From the sequence record OR670491: DNA of 64,000 nt. One strand, written 5' to 3'. Below, piece by piece: positions 19,440 to 29,575 of this stretch (positions are counted from its first letter, which is position 1; each line of letters opens with the position of its first letter). The notes beneath the pieces are model-generated. The model was not told where the DNA came from and did no database searches. It saw only the letters and a list, made by a program, of their open reading frames with translations. The stretch comes from Escherichia phage vB_EcoM_JNE01. The translations under genes and the position numbers were made by a program.

Positions 19440-19685
19440 ATGAAAAAGATTGCATTGGGATTGGCTTTTCTTGCATTGAGTGCTTCTTCGTTTGCAGGGC
19501 AAGCAGAATATGATCAACCACGTTCTGTGAAGTGTGTAGATTTGCGTGGGGGAATTATATCTTATGATGAACATGAAGTACGACGTGCTAAAATTGATAG
19601 TGATGGAACAACGGTAATACTGAAGGATGGAAAATTCATTCAATTCAGTCCAGCAGTTCAATGTATCACGGTTTTGCAAGAATAA
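19440..19685 (+). CDS. hypothetical secreted protein
   Basis: Signal-peptide-like MKKIALGLAFLALSASSFAGQ. Confidence 0.45.
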   Translation: MKKIALGLAFLALSASSFAGQAEYDQPRSVKCVDLRGGIISYDEHEVRRAKIDSDGTTVILKDGKFIQFSPAVQCITVLQE

Positions 19686-19764
19686 AAGCTTTATTGATCT
19701 ATATCAATTTTCATTACCAAAATGTAAATATTAATGAGTAAAATATATTTTCATGGAGGTTTAT

Positions 19765-20001
19765 ATGGAAGTTGTTATTATAATATGTGCATTTATTTCT
19801 TTGATAGTAATGTTATCTCCAACTTTTATTGCACACAAATTGAAGAACAATAATGCTGAAGCAATAACATACGTTAACATTTGTTGTGTAATGACATATG
19901 GAATACTGTTGTTCTTTACTGAATTTACTTTTATTCCTATAGTTGTATGTTCATCAATGTTCATATGGTTATTCTTACTGTATGAATCTATTAAAAAATA
20001 A
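19765..20001 (+). CDS. hypothetical membrane protein
   Basis: Internal ATG of track ORF 19753 after GGAGG; hydrophobic. Confidence 0.35.
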   Translation: MEVVIIICAFISLIVMLSPTFIAHKLKNNNAEAITYVNICCVMTYGILLFFTEFTFIPIVVCSSMFIWLFLLYESIKK

Positions 20002-20010
20002 TCAATAACT

Positions 20011-20043
20011 GGGTTGACCGAAGTCAACCCTTTGTTGTATAGT
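20011..20043 (+). terminator. composite terminator-promoter element
   Basis: GGGTTGAC-CGAA-GTCAACCC, T-rich tail, TATAGT. Confidence 0.55.
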
Positions 20044-20052
20044 GAGGTTCTT

Positions 20053-20625
20053 ATGAATCGTAAAGGCCGCTTCAAAGTATCAAAGAAAAATAAGAGTTCC
20101 AAATTTAAGCCCATTGTTATATCCGTGAAAAGTAAGCCTGAATTAACTGCTCTTAGTCATAAGATTGTTTCACCTAAGATTAAAGTATCTTACATTAATT
20201 CGTTAAAATTCCAAAAGGTAAAACCACAAGACCAACTCATTTCACTTATATTTGAACGTAATGATTTTGAGATATCAGTCGATGATTATAGAGGCTATAA
20301 TGCTGGCTTCATTAATGTAACTTGTAATAAAGAACTAACTGCGTTAGAAAATTTGACATGTATAATAAATCTTGATAAAGGGGTGGTGACGTACCAATTT
20401 GTACATTTAACCAATATCAATAATGGTATGGGTGTGCAATCCAGAATAATAGTACCTACATGTGATGAGACTAGTTTAGCGAAGCTCAATGAAGAAGAAT
20501 ATTTTCAAGAAAGTATTGTAACTGAGCATTTGGATGTTATAATAGAAACCTACAAAGAATGCGTATGGGTTTTGAACGCAATCAAACCTAAATTATGTTT
20601 AATGAATATAGTTCGTGATTTGTAA
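20053..20625 (+). CDS. hypothetical protein
   Basis: Internal ATG (frame +39) of track ORF 20014, GAGG upstream. Confidence 0.45.
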   Translation: MNRKGRFKVSKKNKSSKFKPIVISVKSKPELTALSHKIVSPKIKVSYINSLKFQKVKPQDQLISLIFERNDFEISVDDYRGYNAGFINVTCNKELTALENLTCIINLDKGVVTYQFVHLTNINNGMGVQSRIIVPTCDETSLAKLNEEEYFQESIVTEHLDVIIETYKECVWVLNAIKPKLCLMNIVRDL

Positions 20626-20637
20626 ATTGGAGAGAAA

Positions 20638-21081
20638 ATGAGTTGGATACATGTTAATCATTCAGTACTGAACGAAATTGATATCTTTGCTTTCGTCAAC
20701 CTTAAGGATGATACTGTCCTTCGTGGACGTTTGTTCACTACACACGAAGGAGTTAAAGGTATTGCACTGATGGATACAAATGGTGCAGTATATGCTTCAC
20801 AGGAGCTACCTGCGTGGACGTATAGCAGTACTGAAGAGAATGTATTCGCAGAAGTAATGAAAGGCTTAGAGGCTCTGCCTGGTGGCGATATCCAGAACAT
20901 CGTATTCAATATTGAACGCGGTAATTACTCACCAGAACATCTAAGTGCATTAGCTATGAGAGCATTGAAGTCAGCTATAGTCACACCTAAGTGTGTGATT
21001 CTGAAGTATGTTCCTGACTTATCGTTAAGTGCACAAGATATGGAATCATTCATTTTTACATCTGAACTGAAACAATATTGA
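20638..21081 (+). CDS. hypothetical protein
   Basis: 147-aa ORF. Confidence 0.45.
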   Translation: MSWIHVNHSVLNEIDIFAFVNLKDDTVLRGRLFTTHEGVKGIALMDTNGAVYASQELPAWTYSSTEENVFAEVMKGLEALPGGDIQNIVFNIERGNYSPEHLSALAMRALKSAIVTPKCVILKYVPDLSLSAQDMESFIFTSELKQY

Positions 21082-21180
21082 ACAAATTTCAGTTAAGTGA
21101 TATAATTACAATGAGTTAATAAGAACAGAACTCATTTGTTATAAATACAAATGTAATTTATCTCTTTAAGGAGTATTGAA

Positions 21181-21564
21181 ATGGTTGATAAATGGAACAA
21201 GAAAGATCCATCACACGATGTGGATATTTCAGGTCTTGACAATGAGCACAAGCATAAGTATCTAGATTCACTAGGTCTACTAAAGCCTGACCAAAGTCTA
21301 TCTCATGACCGCCCTTCACGTGAAAAGGCATTCAGCCTTGAATCCTTGGGTCATGAATTGAATCGTGTATTTGAAGATCACCCAATCTATGTTCGTGATA
21401 TTATTGAAAAGCTTAAAGTAACTCCTAAAGAGCACTTTAAAGCAACAGTACATGCGGCGTTCCGCTCTTTGCACGAAGCACTAAAGAAAACTCATAACCT
21501 ACGTAAGATTCATGATGATATCGTGAAAGCTATCGAAGGTGAGAAACATAAGTTCAAGAAATAA
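21181..21564 (+). CDS. hypothetical charged protein
   Basis: 127-aa ORF; shares a YLDSLGLLKPDQ-type motif with the 22128 ORF. Confidence 0.45.
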   Translation: MVDKWNKKDPSHDVDISGLDNEHKHKYLDSLGLLKPDQSLSHDRPSREKAFSLESLGHELNRVFEDHPIYVRDIIEKLKVTPKEHFKATVHAAFRSLHEALKKTHNLRKIHDDIVKAIEGEKHKFKK

Positions 21565-21571
21565 ACACTAA

Positions 21572-21636
21572 GGTTGACTTCGGTCAGCATTTTTTATTGA
21601 TTTAGTATTGACACTATTAAAAGAAATGAATATAAT
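21572..21636 (+). terminator. terminator hairpin followed by a sigma70-type promoter
   Basis: GGTTGAC-TTCG-GTCAGC-T6 (21572-21595); TTGACA (21608-21613), 17-nt spacer, TATAAT (21631-21636). Confidence 0.55.
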
Positions 21637-21678
21637 ATCAATCAAGACGTAGATAAACCTAACTTAATGAGGATGTGT

Positions 21679-21972
21679 ATGAAAATTATTATTGCGTTGT
21701 TAGTATGTATATCATTTCAAGTATTATCTGCCCCACAATTAGTATGTACAATTACCCGAACTGATGGACAGACTATGACATTCAATACGAATGAATTGTT
21801 TGGAAGATCAAGTACTGAAACGGAAACCACATATCAATATCACCGACTTGATGTTGGTAATAATGTATCTACGCAAACAGACATGACCATCGATAAAATC
21901 ACACTTAAGGGTCGAATTATTGCTGAGAGAAGTGGTGTTCCAGCTTTATCGGCAACAGTAGACTGCAACTAA
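21679..21972 (+). CDS. hypothetical secreted protein
   Basis: Internal ATG (frame +12) of track ORF 21667; signal-peptide-like MKIIIALLVCISFQVLSAPQ. Confidence 0.45.
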   Translation: MKIIIALLVCISFQVLSAPQLVCTITRTDGQTMTFNTNELFGRSSTETETTYQYHRLDVGNNVSTQTDMTIDKITLKGRIIAERSGVPALSATVDCN

Positions 21973-21981
21973 GGAACAGGT

Positions 21982-22068
21982 ATGTATTTATATATCGCAA
22001 TTTCAAGTATTGTCTTTGTTGTTATCGTTACTGGATGGTTTGGGTATCTAATGTTAAGTACAAAATAG
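21982..22068 (+). CDS. possible 28-aa hydrophobic micro-protein
   Basis: MYLYIAISSIVFVVIVTGWFGYLMLSTK preceded by AAGGAACAGG; not in track (under 60 aa). Confidence 0.25.
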   Translation: MYLYIAISSIVFVVIVTGWFGYLMLSTK

Positions 22069-22098
22069 GTTGACTTCGGTCAGCCTTTTCTTTATACT
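22068..22098 (+). terminator. composite terminator-promoter element
   Basis: GGTTGAC-TTCG-GTCAGCC-TTTTCTTT; -35 TTGACT, 17-nt spacer, TATACT. Confidence 0.55.
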
Positions 22099-22127
22099 AT
22101 AAATATAGTCATAGAGAATAAACCAAT

Positions 22128-23972
22128 ATGAAATCTATGGAGAGAAATCAAATGCCAGGTCAATTTACTGATAAAAATGGTGGTAATATGGCTGGTCACT
22201 CTGACCGTTGGAGTGATGCTAACCGCCGTAAGAATAGTTATCAAGCAGGACAAGGTTCACGTGGTTCACGTAATCAAGGGACAGGTTTAGCTGGTAAGGC
22301 AAACGCAGAAGCAGGTGAAGTTAAGAGTACTGAGAACATGACTGAGCTAGAAAAGCTACGTTATGTTAACTCATTAGGTCTTCTTAACGCAACACAGAAA
22401 CAACGCCTTGCTGATATGGAACGTGCTGAGAAAGAACAAGCAGTTCCTAAAGAAGAACCAAAACCAGAAGCTCCTAAAGCAGCTAACCCTGTTAAAGAGT
22501 TATCTGATAACTTAGGTAAGATCTTTGCTAACAAACCACAGTTGATTCAGGGTATTGTCAAAGCACTACAGGCAGTTCCTAAAGAAGAACTCAAAGGTAA
22601 AGCACAAGCTGTACTTGATGCAATGAAAGGTAATAAGAGCACTGAACCTACTGAAGTATTCAGTACTATCATGCGTGCACTGGAAGGTAAACAGAAATCC
22701 TTACCACAAAAGACCGATCAAAAACCAAGCAAACCTAGTGGAAGAATGTCTGAAGACGAATTCCGTGAAGTAAATGATTACTTAGGTGCTAAGTTTGTGA
22801 ACGATATTATCAATCAAGCTAAACAATATACAGACTTAGAGAAAGCACTGTACATTATTGATATGGCAATTGAAAATGTAGATGATGTAAATGATTCTCG
22901 TGCAGTTCGTATGTCAATGTCAAGTGCTGCTGATGACCTCACATCAATGGGATTAACGCTCAAGGATGAAGACGAAAATAATGATATTGAGTTTGATGAA
23001 CACTCACACGATGATGTTAATCTGGAAAGTATTCTTAAAACTTTTGATAGTATTGGCAAAGCAGACCGTGCTAATGCACAGCAAGTCAAGAATGTACTAG
23101 CTAAACTTGAAAACCGTTTAGAAGGTAAAGACGATAAGATTCAATTAGTACATGATGCTATCAAATCAGCATTAGATTCTTATGCACCTGGTGAGAAGTC
23201 TCGATTCATCACTGCTATGAATGCTGCATTCAATACTATGAAAAAGTATGAAGCTGAACATGGTGAGAAAGTATCAAAAGATGGTTACTTAGTTCGTGAT
23301 GATGAAGAAGGGGCAGTTGACCAGAAAGATGCTGAAACATCTCATGATGATTTACCTGATACTGTTGATATGGATGGTTACATTCATCGTCCTGAAATGG
23401 GAGAGTTTGGTTCTGACAAAGAAGGATTTGAACATGCAATGGCAGTGTACAAAGCTCTCGTGAACAATCCAGATTATGCCAACCGATTTGTAGATGAGTT
23501 TGATAGTGCATGGAACAACTACAAAGACAAAGGTTATGACTTCCCTGCTGAGGCAGCATTCTTTGAACTTGGTAAACTTTTAGCTAAACATGGAATTGAT
23601 GTAGGTTCTAAAGATGGTACTGATACTGATGGCATGGAAGCAGAATTGGCTAAAGATCGTGAAATGAACGACAACTCCATTCATGAACTCCAGAAGCTAA
23701 TGATGTGGATATCCGATATTGGTAAAAAAGCTGGTGCTGATAATAAGAGTATCAACAAAAACATTAGTTGGATTAAAAGTAATGTTGGTAAAAATGCTCG
23801 TAAACTACAAAAAGCATGGACTGATTTAGTAAATGGTGCTGATGATGTTGACATTGAATCACCAGAAGCATACGAATATGCATTAACTACTCTTGATAAT
23901 TCCTTTAAAGATTACGATAACGGTAACGTAACTCATTGGGAAAAGGATATCATGAACAAATACGGTAAATGA
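22128..23972 (+). CDS. large charged (Lys/Glu/Asp-rich) hypothetical protein
   Basis: 614-aa ORF; low-complexity charged N-terminus, no recognisable catalytic motif. Confidence 0.5.
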   Translation: MKSMERNQMPGQFTDKNGGNMAGHSDRWSDANRRKNSYQAGQGSRGSRNQGTGLAGKANAEAGEVKSTENMTELEKLRYVNSLGLLNATQKQRLADMERAEKEQAVPKEEPKPEAPKAANPVKELSDNLGKIFANKPQLIQGIVKALQAVPKEELKGKAQAVLDAMKGNKSTEPTEVFSTIMRALEGKQKSLPQKTDQKPSKPSGRMSEDEFREVNDYLGAKFVNDIINQAKQYTDLEKALYIIDMAIENVDDVNDSRAVRMSMSSAADDLTSMGLTLKDEDENNDIEFDEHSHDDVNLESILKTFDSIGKADRANAQQVKNVLAKLENRLEGKDDKIQLVHDAIKSALDSYAPGEKSRFITAMNAAFNTMKKYEAEHGEKVSKDGYLVRDDEEGAVDQKDAETSHDDLPDTVDMDGYIHRPEMGEFGSDKEGFEHAMAVYKALVNNPDYANRFVDEFDSAWNNYKDKGYDFPAEAAFFELGKLLAKHGIDVGSKDGTDTDGMEAELAKDREMNDNSIHELQKLMMWISDIGKKAGADNKSINKNISWIKSNVGKNARKLQKAWTDLVNGADDVDIESPEAYEYALTTLDNSFKDYDNGNVTHWEKDIMNKYGK

Positions 23973-23981
23973 TAAAGAAAA

Positions 23982-24014
23982 GGGTTGACTTCGGTCAGCC
24001 CTTTTTGCTATAAT
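23982..24014 (+). terminator. composite terminator-promoter element
   Basis: GGGTTGAC-TTCG-GTCAGCCC-T5-gc-TATAAT (24009-24014). Confidence 0.65.
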
Positions 24015-24042
24015 CATTTCATCAACTCAAGAGGAAACAAAA

Positions 24043-24450
24043 ATGAAAAAGACTATTTTAAGCGTAATCGGTGCAGTACTGTTCATGGTAACTTCAGTTG
24101 CTTCTGCTGCAACAGTAGAAGAGATCTTTAATAACAACCTACCTACTCAAGAAGAGATGGGTATTAAGAAGTGTGACCTTTCCCGTTACATCATTTTGGG
24201 ATCACAACTGGTTCCTGATGGTAAGGTTAAAAATCGTGTTAATCTGGTTGAAGATGGTAACACCTTCAGTTTTGAATATGGCGTAGCACCAACCTCCGGT
24301 TCTATGGATAACGTTGATGAAAACACTGGTTCCACCTGGAGTACTAACAAAGGTGATGTGTTCCATCGTATGCGTGAAGGTGGTAAACTGAAATATGTTT
24401 ACGAAAGCCCATTCATCAAACGCGTGTATATTATGACCAACTGCCATTGA
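24043..24450 (+). CDS. hypothetical secreted protein
   Basis: Signal-peptide-like MKKTILSVIGAVLFMVTSVASA; AGAGGAAA upstream. Confidence 0.5.
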   Translation: MKKTILSVIGAVLFMVTSVASAATVEEIFNNNLPTQEEMGIKKCDLSRYIILGSQLVPDGKVKNRVNLVEDGNTFSFEYGVAPTSGSMDNVDENTGSTWSTNKGDVFHRMREGGKLKYVYESPFIKRVYIMTNCH

Positions 24451-24475
24451 CAGATACATTTCAGTACTGTATAAT
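24447..24475 (+). promoter_or_regulatory. sigma70-type promoter
   Basis: TTGACA, 17-nt spacer ending cagtactg, TATAAT. Confidence 0.55.
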
Positions 24476-24501
24476 ACCTACATCAACCAGAGGATATGAC
24501 A

Positions 24502-24786
24502 ATGAATGTATTAGCCAATCTTGTAGGACAGATGCGTTATAACGAAATCATCACTGATGTTTCTGAACTCACTGAATCAAAAAGCTACATCCACTTAGAT
24601 GAACTAATCATCAAGTACGGAGAGATTGGTGTCAATGAGCTTATTGTTTTTATGATTGAAACTCACAAGTTGAAGTACTTTAAGCTGAACTCTGAACCGT
24701 ATGCAGAACCTAATCTTTATTACAGTTATTACTTGAAGTACAAAGATGAATTCAATAGTATTTTTAGTAAACTATTACTTGCATAG
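24502..24786 (+). CDS. hypothetical protein
   Basis: ATG 7 nt after AGAGGA. Confidence 0.4.
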   Translation: MNVLANLVGQMRYNEIITDVSELTESKSYIHLDELIIKYGEIGVNELIVFMIETHKLKYFKLNSEPYAEPNLYYSYYLKYKDEFNSIFSKLLLA

Positions 24787-24795
24787 GATAACAAT

Positions 24796-25128
24796 ATGAA
24801 TTTTGAATTGATTAATAAAATATCATTCTGTTTCATGTGTTTAATACAATTGTATTTGACACTTGGATATATACTTAGATTTTTTAAGTACAAAAGTATA
24901 TATAAACGCTTTTATGATGATGCACCTATCTTCGATTTACTGTTCATCGGTAATGCGTTTTCTATAGGAGAAATTCTGGTTGATGGCATTGACCCTGCTC
25001 AACCACAGTTAGTTAGTATCTTACTTGGACTAATTGTATCATGTGTTGGTATATTCCCATTGGTGTGGTCATTCTTTCACTTCGTTGGGTGGCTTGATAA
25101 AATACGTAATAATTTACCGGAGCGATAA
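24796..25128 (+). CDS. small membrane protein, family A
   Basis: About 110 aa, 2-3 hydrophobic segments, basic C-terminal tail ...KIRNNLPER. Confidence 0.45.
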   Translation: MNFELINKISFCFMCLIQLYLTLGYILRFFKYKSIYKRFYDDAPIFDLLFIGNAFSIGEILVDGIDPAQPQLVSILLGLIVSCVGIFPLVWSFFHFVGWLDKIRNNLPER

Positions 25129-25463
25129 TGCAAACAGTAAACACATTAAGTTTTATCATTTGTACTGTGTCTGTATTTTATATGGTACTGTGTTATGTTT
25201 TGTGGTTTTTCAAATTTGAAAGCATTTTAGAACGTGTTTATAGGCTGGACTTAGAAGATGAGATTGGTATAACAGTACTCACTGTTCTAGGTTTTGTCTG
25301 TGGTGCGTCTATCCTGTTGGATATGTACATGAAACTACCCATTGATGCCCCACATCCTCCAGTAATCACCAGTTCAATTGTAATTGGTATTGTAGGTTTC
25401 CAGGGATTGATTAGTCTGTTTTCCTCAATAGCTACATATAGAGATAAGCTACCAAAGAGGTAA
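25128..25463 (+). CDS. small membrane protein, family A
   Basis: Paralog; C-terminus ...YRDKLPKR; start overlaps upstream stop. Confidence 0.45.
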   Translation: MQTVNTLSFIICTVSVFYMVLCYVLWFFKFESILERVYRLDLEDEIGITVLTVLGFVCGASILLDMYMKLPIDAPHPPVITSSIVIGIVGFQGLISLFSSIATYRDKLPKR

Positions 25464-25465
25464 AA

Positions 25466-25819
25466 ATGTCGGATAAGTACTACTTTACGGGTAAGAAATG
25501 TGAACCATACGTTTTGGATTACAAGGAGCAGGAACAACCTAAACCGAAAAAGAAAGCGAAGAAGGAAGTAGTGAAGAAACAAAAACCACTGGTTAAAGGA
25601 TTGAAACTTAAACCTTTCCAAAAACTGGACTTTGACACTTACAGAAAGATTTATTTGGATTTGACGTGTAACATTAGCTTTGATGTTAATGCGATGAACA
25701 GGAAGTATAACCTGAAGGGTAGTTTCAATTTTTATTATGACTTAAAGAATGATGATCTTGAATCTTACCATGAGTGGTATAACGTTATGAATAACCACGT
25801 CGATGACAATAACCCATAG
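25466..25819 (+). CDS. hypothetical lysine-rich protein
   Basis: 117-aa ORF. Confidence 0.4.
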   Translation: MSDKYYFTGKKCEPYVLDYKEQEQPKPKKKAKKEVVKKQKPLVKGLKLKPFQKLDFDTYRKIYLDLTCNISFDVNAMNRKYNLKGSFNFYYDLKNDDLESYHEWYNVMNNHVDDNNP

Positions 25820-25827
25820 GTGAATAT

Positions 25828-26178
25828 ATGATTGAAATTATCGGAACGATCAGTTTTGTGTCATGTGTATTGTTCTGCACTTACATGATAATTGGACACA
25901 TTTTGTATTTCTTCAATTACATTACTGTGTTTAAAAAATTCTACTTCGAAAAGAGTGGATTTTTGTTTTACATTTGTGATTTTTTCACATGGGTGTCAAT
26001 GGGTGCAGTTATAATGGATATTATGTTTAGTGAAGATGTTTCTAAGGTAGGGTTCGGAATGACGCTTCTACCATTTGCACTATTCGTTACCCTTGTAGCT
26101 TTGTTCTTGATAGTGTTATCAAGTAATTTTATATCAGAGAAATTAAACAAGGCTAGAGAAAACTTCCCAATGCGATAA
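25828..26178 (+). CDS. small membrane protein, family A
   Basis: Paralog; C-terminus ...KARENFPMR. Confidence 0.45.
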   Translation: MIEIIGTISFVSCVLFCTYMIIGHILYFFNYITVFKKFYFEKSGFLFYICDFFTWVSMGAVIMDIMFSEDVSKVGFGMTLLPFALFVTLVALFLIVLSSNFISEKLNKARENFPMR

Positions 26179-26189
26179 AGGAGTATACT

Positions 26190-26468
26190 ATGTTCGCACT
26201 ACGTAATAAAAAGACTCACCAAATCGTGGATTATGAATGGGTTTGCTATTACAATACTGGCAGCACTGATATGATTCTGTGCCATGATGGTGAAGAACCA
26301 TTTGTAACCAAACGTCGTGAAACACTCGAAGAGATCATCGAAGAATACAATACCAATGTAAATGCTGAAAATGGTCCTTATGGCGATGGCCTACGTGTAG
26401 AGTTACCAGATGCGTATGAAACTGGTAACATGGATTCTTACGAGATTGTAGAACTGGTGGTTAAGTAA
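26190..26468 (+). CDS. hypothetical protein
   Basis: 92-aa ORF; C-terminus YEIVELVVK resembles that of the 28327 ORF. Confidence 0.4.
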   Translation: MFALRNKKTHQIVDYEWVCYYNTGSTDMILCHDGEEPFVTKRRETLEEIIEEYNTNVNAENGPYGDGLRVELPDAYETGNMDSYEIVELVVK

Positions 26469-26845
26469 TGCGTGTAATGTATAAAGTAACTGAGCTAAAC
26501 AAGCGTCTGCTTAAGATTTCTATGTTTGAGGATAAAGAATCTCTCTATAACTTTAAACGTGCTGTAGAGGCTGCTACGCATCTACAGAAGCTTAAGGATA
26601 AAGGATGTATCATTCTTGAAAACAATTCAGTACTGGAAGGTAACTTCAGTGTAGCCTTTGATGAAGCAGAAGATGGAACACTTTCTATGCCACGTTTGGG
26701 TACTGGTGACATGACAGTGTGGATTGGCTTTACTATGGGAAACAAGAAAGGAACTGTATACGTTGATGAAGAAGAGTTGAAAGATAGCTTCAAAAACTTA
26801 TCGTACATCGAACCACAATACTCTCATAAACTAAGTTTATTTTGA
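26468..26845 (+). CDS. hypothetical protein
   Basis: 125-aa ORF. Confidence 0.4.
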   Translation: MRVMYKVTELNKRLLKISMFEDKESLYNFKRAVEAATHLQKLKDKGCIILENNSVLEGNFSVAFDEAEDGTLSMPRLGTGDMTVWIGFTMGNKKGTVYVDEEELKDSFKNLSYIEPQYSHKLSLF

Positions 26846-26846
26846 G

Positions 26847-26904
26847 TTGACAATAAAGTTCAGTACTGTATAATGTTTATCAAGGGGATGAACTTCTCAT
26901 CCCC
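26847..26904 (+). promoter_or_regulatory. promoter plus 5' stem-loop cassette
   Basis: TTGACA, 16-nt spacer, TATAAT (26869-26874), then hairpin GGGGATGA...TCATCCCC (26884-26904) ahead of RBS and ATG at 26922. Confidence 0.55.
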
Positions 26905-26921
26905 ACAATCGAGGAATTGTC

Positions 26922-27476
26922 ATGATTACTTTTAAGAAAACTGCTAACCACATCCATGAGATCTACATTAACGGTCACAAAGCTGGCCTTCTTCGTTTAC
27001 TCGCCCATCATCCGAATATTACCGTATCTGATAATGAACCTAAAGATTGGCGTGTATTTTTCTTTGGAAAGTACAGTGATTTTCAAGTATCAAACCTGAA
27101 GAACATTCGTTCAGTATGCACGTTAACTGAAATTAAAGAAAAGTTAACCAAAGCATTGAAAACTAATCCAGATAGTGTTCTTCCACCTGATAACTTTGTA
27201 GAGAAAGGATATGCCTTAGCTCATTTCAAAGATGGTACTATTCAATCTATCAGTACTGAATATGAATATCAATGGACTGAGTACTTCACTTATGGATCGC
27301 GTAATACATTGATGGCTTCACGTAGTAAATTGGAAGAAGTACTGACTCGTATGAATGAACGCGAGCGTCAATTTTATGACAAACCAGAAATGTGGAGTTC
27401 AACTTACATTGACCGTATTGACTATGTTATTATGACTCCAATATTTGACACTGCTTACTATGATTCTTTGAAATAA
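26922..27476 (+). CDS. hypothetical protein
   Basis: 184-aa ORF. Confidence 0.45.
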   Translation: MITFKKTANHIHEIYINGHKAGLLRLLAHHPNITVSDNEPKDWRVFFFGKYSDFQVSNLKNIRSVCTLTEIKEKLTKALKTNPDSVLPPDNFVEKGYALAHFKDGTIQSISTEYEYQWTEYFTYGSRNTLMASRSKLEEVLTRMNERERQFYDKPEMWSSTYIDRIDYVIMTPIFDTAYYDSLK

Positions 27477-27487
27477 GGATAACTTAT

Positions 27488-27664
27488 ATGAAACTACGTA
27501 CTCGTAATCGACTGATGGATGCACTGTACCATGAACAGCTTTCACTGAATGAAGTGAAGCGTCAGTTAATGTACACATATCTGTTACCCGCTCGCATTGC
27601 AAAACAACGTGCTAAAGAATTGCTGAAAGAAGCAATCGAGTACTGGGAATCTGATTCGTACTAA
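27488..27664 (+). CDS. hypothetical small basic protein
   Basis: 58-aa ORF MKLRTRNRLMDALYHEQ...; not in track. Confidence 0.3.
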   Translation: MKLRTRNRLMDALYHEQLSLNEVKRQLMYTYLLPARIAKQRAKELLKEAIEYWESDSY

Positions 27665-27692
27665 TTGTCACGTTAATTAAGTGAGGCGATAA

Positions 27693-27944
27693 ATGAAAAT
27701 TTTATTAGTTCTAATACTACTAATTGTTTTACCATTTACGTTAGTATCCCCTGAACTTGCATGGAATGTGTTTGTGTACTTACTATGTACTATTGTAGTA
27801 AATGGTATCTTGTTCTTAGTTCTATTCATAAATGGAATAGGACACGGTGGAGGATGGACCAGAACTGCTGATATTGTACATAAAACCACTATGTCTTTAT
27901 TTGTAGTGTGGAATTTATTCTGGACTTGGTTTGTGTTCTTCTAA
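27693..27944 (+). CDS. hypothetical membrane protein
   Basis: 83-aa hydrophobic ORF. Confidence 0.4.
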   Translation: MKILLVLILLIVLPFTLVSPELAWNVFVYLLCTIVVNGILFLVLFINGIGHGGGWTRTADIVHKTTMSLFVVWNLFWTWFVFF

Positions 27945-27953
27945 TTAAAAAAT

Positions 27954-28325
27954 ATGAATATAGATTTGAAAGGTGCAACCCGAACTGTCATACTCATTGG
28001 GGAATATGCTATCAAGATTCCAACCTTTAAAAGTTGGAAGCTATTCTTAACAGGGATGATAGCTAACCTCAATGAACGTTCTTGGATGCAGTACTCCAAA
28101 CGTAGTGACAGTGGTATATGTCCTACTTTGTGGTCATCTATGACTGGTCTGATAACAGTACAGAAGCGATGTAAACCAGTACATCACCGAGGATTGTTTT
28201 GGGTGGAGTTGTGTGCGTTAGCATCGAAATCAGAGTTGAGTACTGACTTCTTTTATTCAGATGCGAAGCCAGAAAACTTTGGGTATCTGAATGGTAAGTT
28301 AGTTAAACTTGATTACGGAGATTAA
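27954..28325 (+). CDS. hypothetical protein
   Basis: 123-aa ORF. Confidence 0.4.
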   Translation: MNIDLKGATRTVILIGEYAIKIPTFKSWKLFLTGMIANLNERSWMQYSKRSDSGICPTLWSSMTGLITVQKRCKPVHHRGLFWVELCALASKSELSTDFFYSDAKPENFGYLNGKLVKLDYGD

Positions 28326-28326
28326 T

Positions 28327-28596
28327 ATGTACGCATTATATAATAAAGAAAAGAAACGATTCGCTAAGGTTGAAATTTTTATTGATACATTTGATATGTT
28401 AGAGTATTGTATCATCACTGATACTTATGAAGCATTGTATTACGTTCTTGATGACGTATCAGTACTGCAACGATTACTTGAGCGTTCAAAAAGTACATGC
28501 CAGGGTATCCATGATGGTTCATCTTATGAAACACCTGATTGTCCACACGGTCAACTCGATGGGTATGAGATTGTTAAGTTGGGAATTATTGAGTAA
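28327..28596 (+). CDS. hypothetical protein
   Basis: Internal ATG of track ORF 28309; C-terminal similarity to the 26190 ORF. Confidence 0.4.
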   Translation: MYALYNKEKKRFAKVEIFIDTFDMLEYCIITDTYEALYYVLDDVSVLQRLLERSKSTCQGIHDGSSYETPDCPHGQLDGYEIVKLGIIE

Positions 28597-28602
28597 AAGG
28601 TA

Positions 28603-28631
28603 TTGACACAGTTCCCATTTAACAGTATTAT
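28603..28631 (+). promoter_or_regulatory. sigma70-type promoter
   Basis: TTGACA, 17-nt spacer, TATTAT. Confidence 0.45.
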
Positions 28632-28661
28632 GTATGTACACCAACTAATGAGGAATCTGAA

Positions 28662-29021
28662 ATGGCATCTTTAACTGAAATCACTGAACTTAATCCACTG
28701 GCAATTAGTACTGTTCAACGCACCAAGACGTTTTACTTCCGTCCAGCAGAAGGTTGGAAGCGTGGCGTGAATGGTGATTATCGTGAACTGGAAGATAATC
28801 TCGTGGGACGTGTTAATTCAGAACTTAATGTTTATGAAGGTGTTAAGGTTGTACGTTCACATTCTCGTTATTTTGAATACTACATTGAGTCTTCATCAGT
28901 GAATGAAAACAGTTCATTTTCTGTTGACAATACTGATACACTGCGTAATGCAGTATCTATTCTATGTAACATTGCAGAAGAGATGGGATTAACTATCGTA
29001 ACGATTGGTGAGTTAGCATGA
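28662..29021 (+). CDS. hypothetical protein
   Basis: 119-aa ORF, GAGGAA upstream. Confidence 0.45.
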   Translation: MASLTEITELNPLAISTVQRTKTFYFRPAEGWKRGVNGDYRELEDNLVGRVNSELNVYEGVKVVRSHSRYFEYYIESSSVNENSSFSVDNTDTLRNAVSILCNIAEEMGLTIVTIGELA

Positions 29022-29098
29022 TTAAAACTTTTATTCTTACAATGGTATTTGGTTCTTATGGTGCTGGTGTGCACCAGTAACTAAGAAATAAAAAAAGG

Positions 29099-29127
29099 TT
29101 GACAGTAGTCATCCCTTTCTATATAAT
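29099..29127 (+). promoter_or_regulatory. sigma70-type promoter
   Basis: TTGACA, 17-nt spacer, TATAAT; preceded by an A-run. Confidence 0.5.
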
Positions 29128-29158
29128 TAATACATCTTAAGCGAACGAGGATTTACAA

Positions 29159-29575
29159 ATGAATGCAACTCTGAATGGTAAAAATATCAACGTAGCTACT
29201 ATTGCTGCAATTCTGCTAAACAATCGTGAAGTAACTATTGACTTACCACTTACAACTAAAACTGGTATTCTCATTACACGAAATGAATCACACTTCGTTG
29301 GTTACAAAAAGCAAGATGTTATTTCCGTTTGTTTTTATGAATCAGACGGCATCGACGACGAAGTAACTAGTACTGAATACTTCAATACCGACATGATTGA
29401 ATCAGCATCTAAAGCTGCACTTGAGCGTCATGCAAGTGAAGATCCAACTGAAGCATCCAACTTCAGTGTTTCATTTGAAAACACTTTCATCAAAATTGAT
29501 GAAAATGTTATTGATTTTGAAATGGCTGATATCAGTCCGATGGATCTCAATGGCCTTCCAACTGTTAAAGGATAA
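29159..29575 (+). CDS. hypothetical protein
   Basis: 138-aa ORF. Confidence 0.45.
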   Translation: MNATLNGKNINVATIAAILLNNREVTIDLPLTTKTGILITRNESHFVGYKKQDVISVCFYESDGIDDEVTSTEYFNTDMIESASKAALERHASEDPTEASNFSVSFENTFIKIDENVIDFEMADISPMDLNGLPTVKG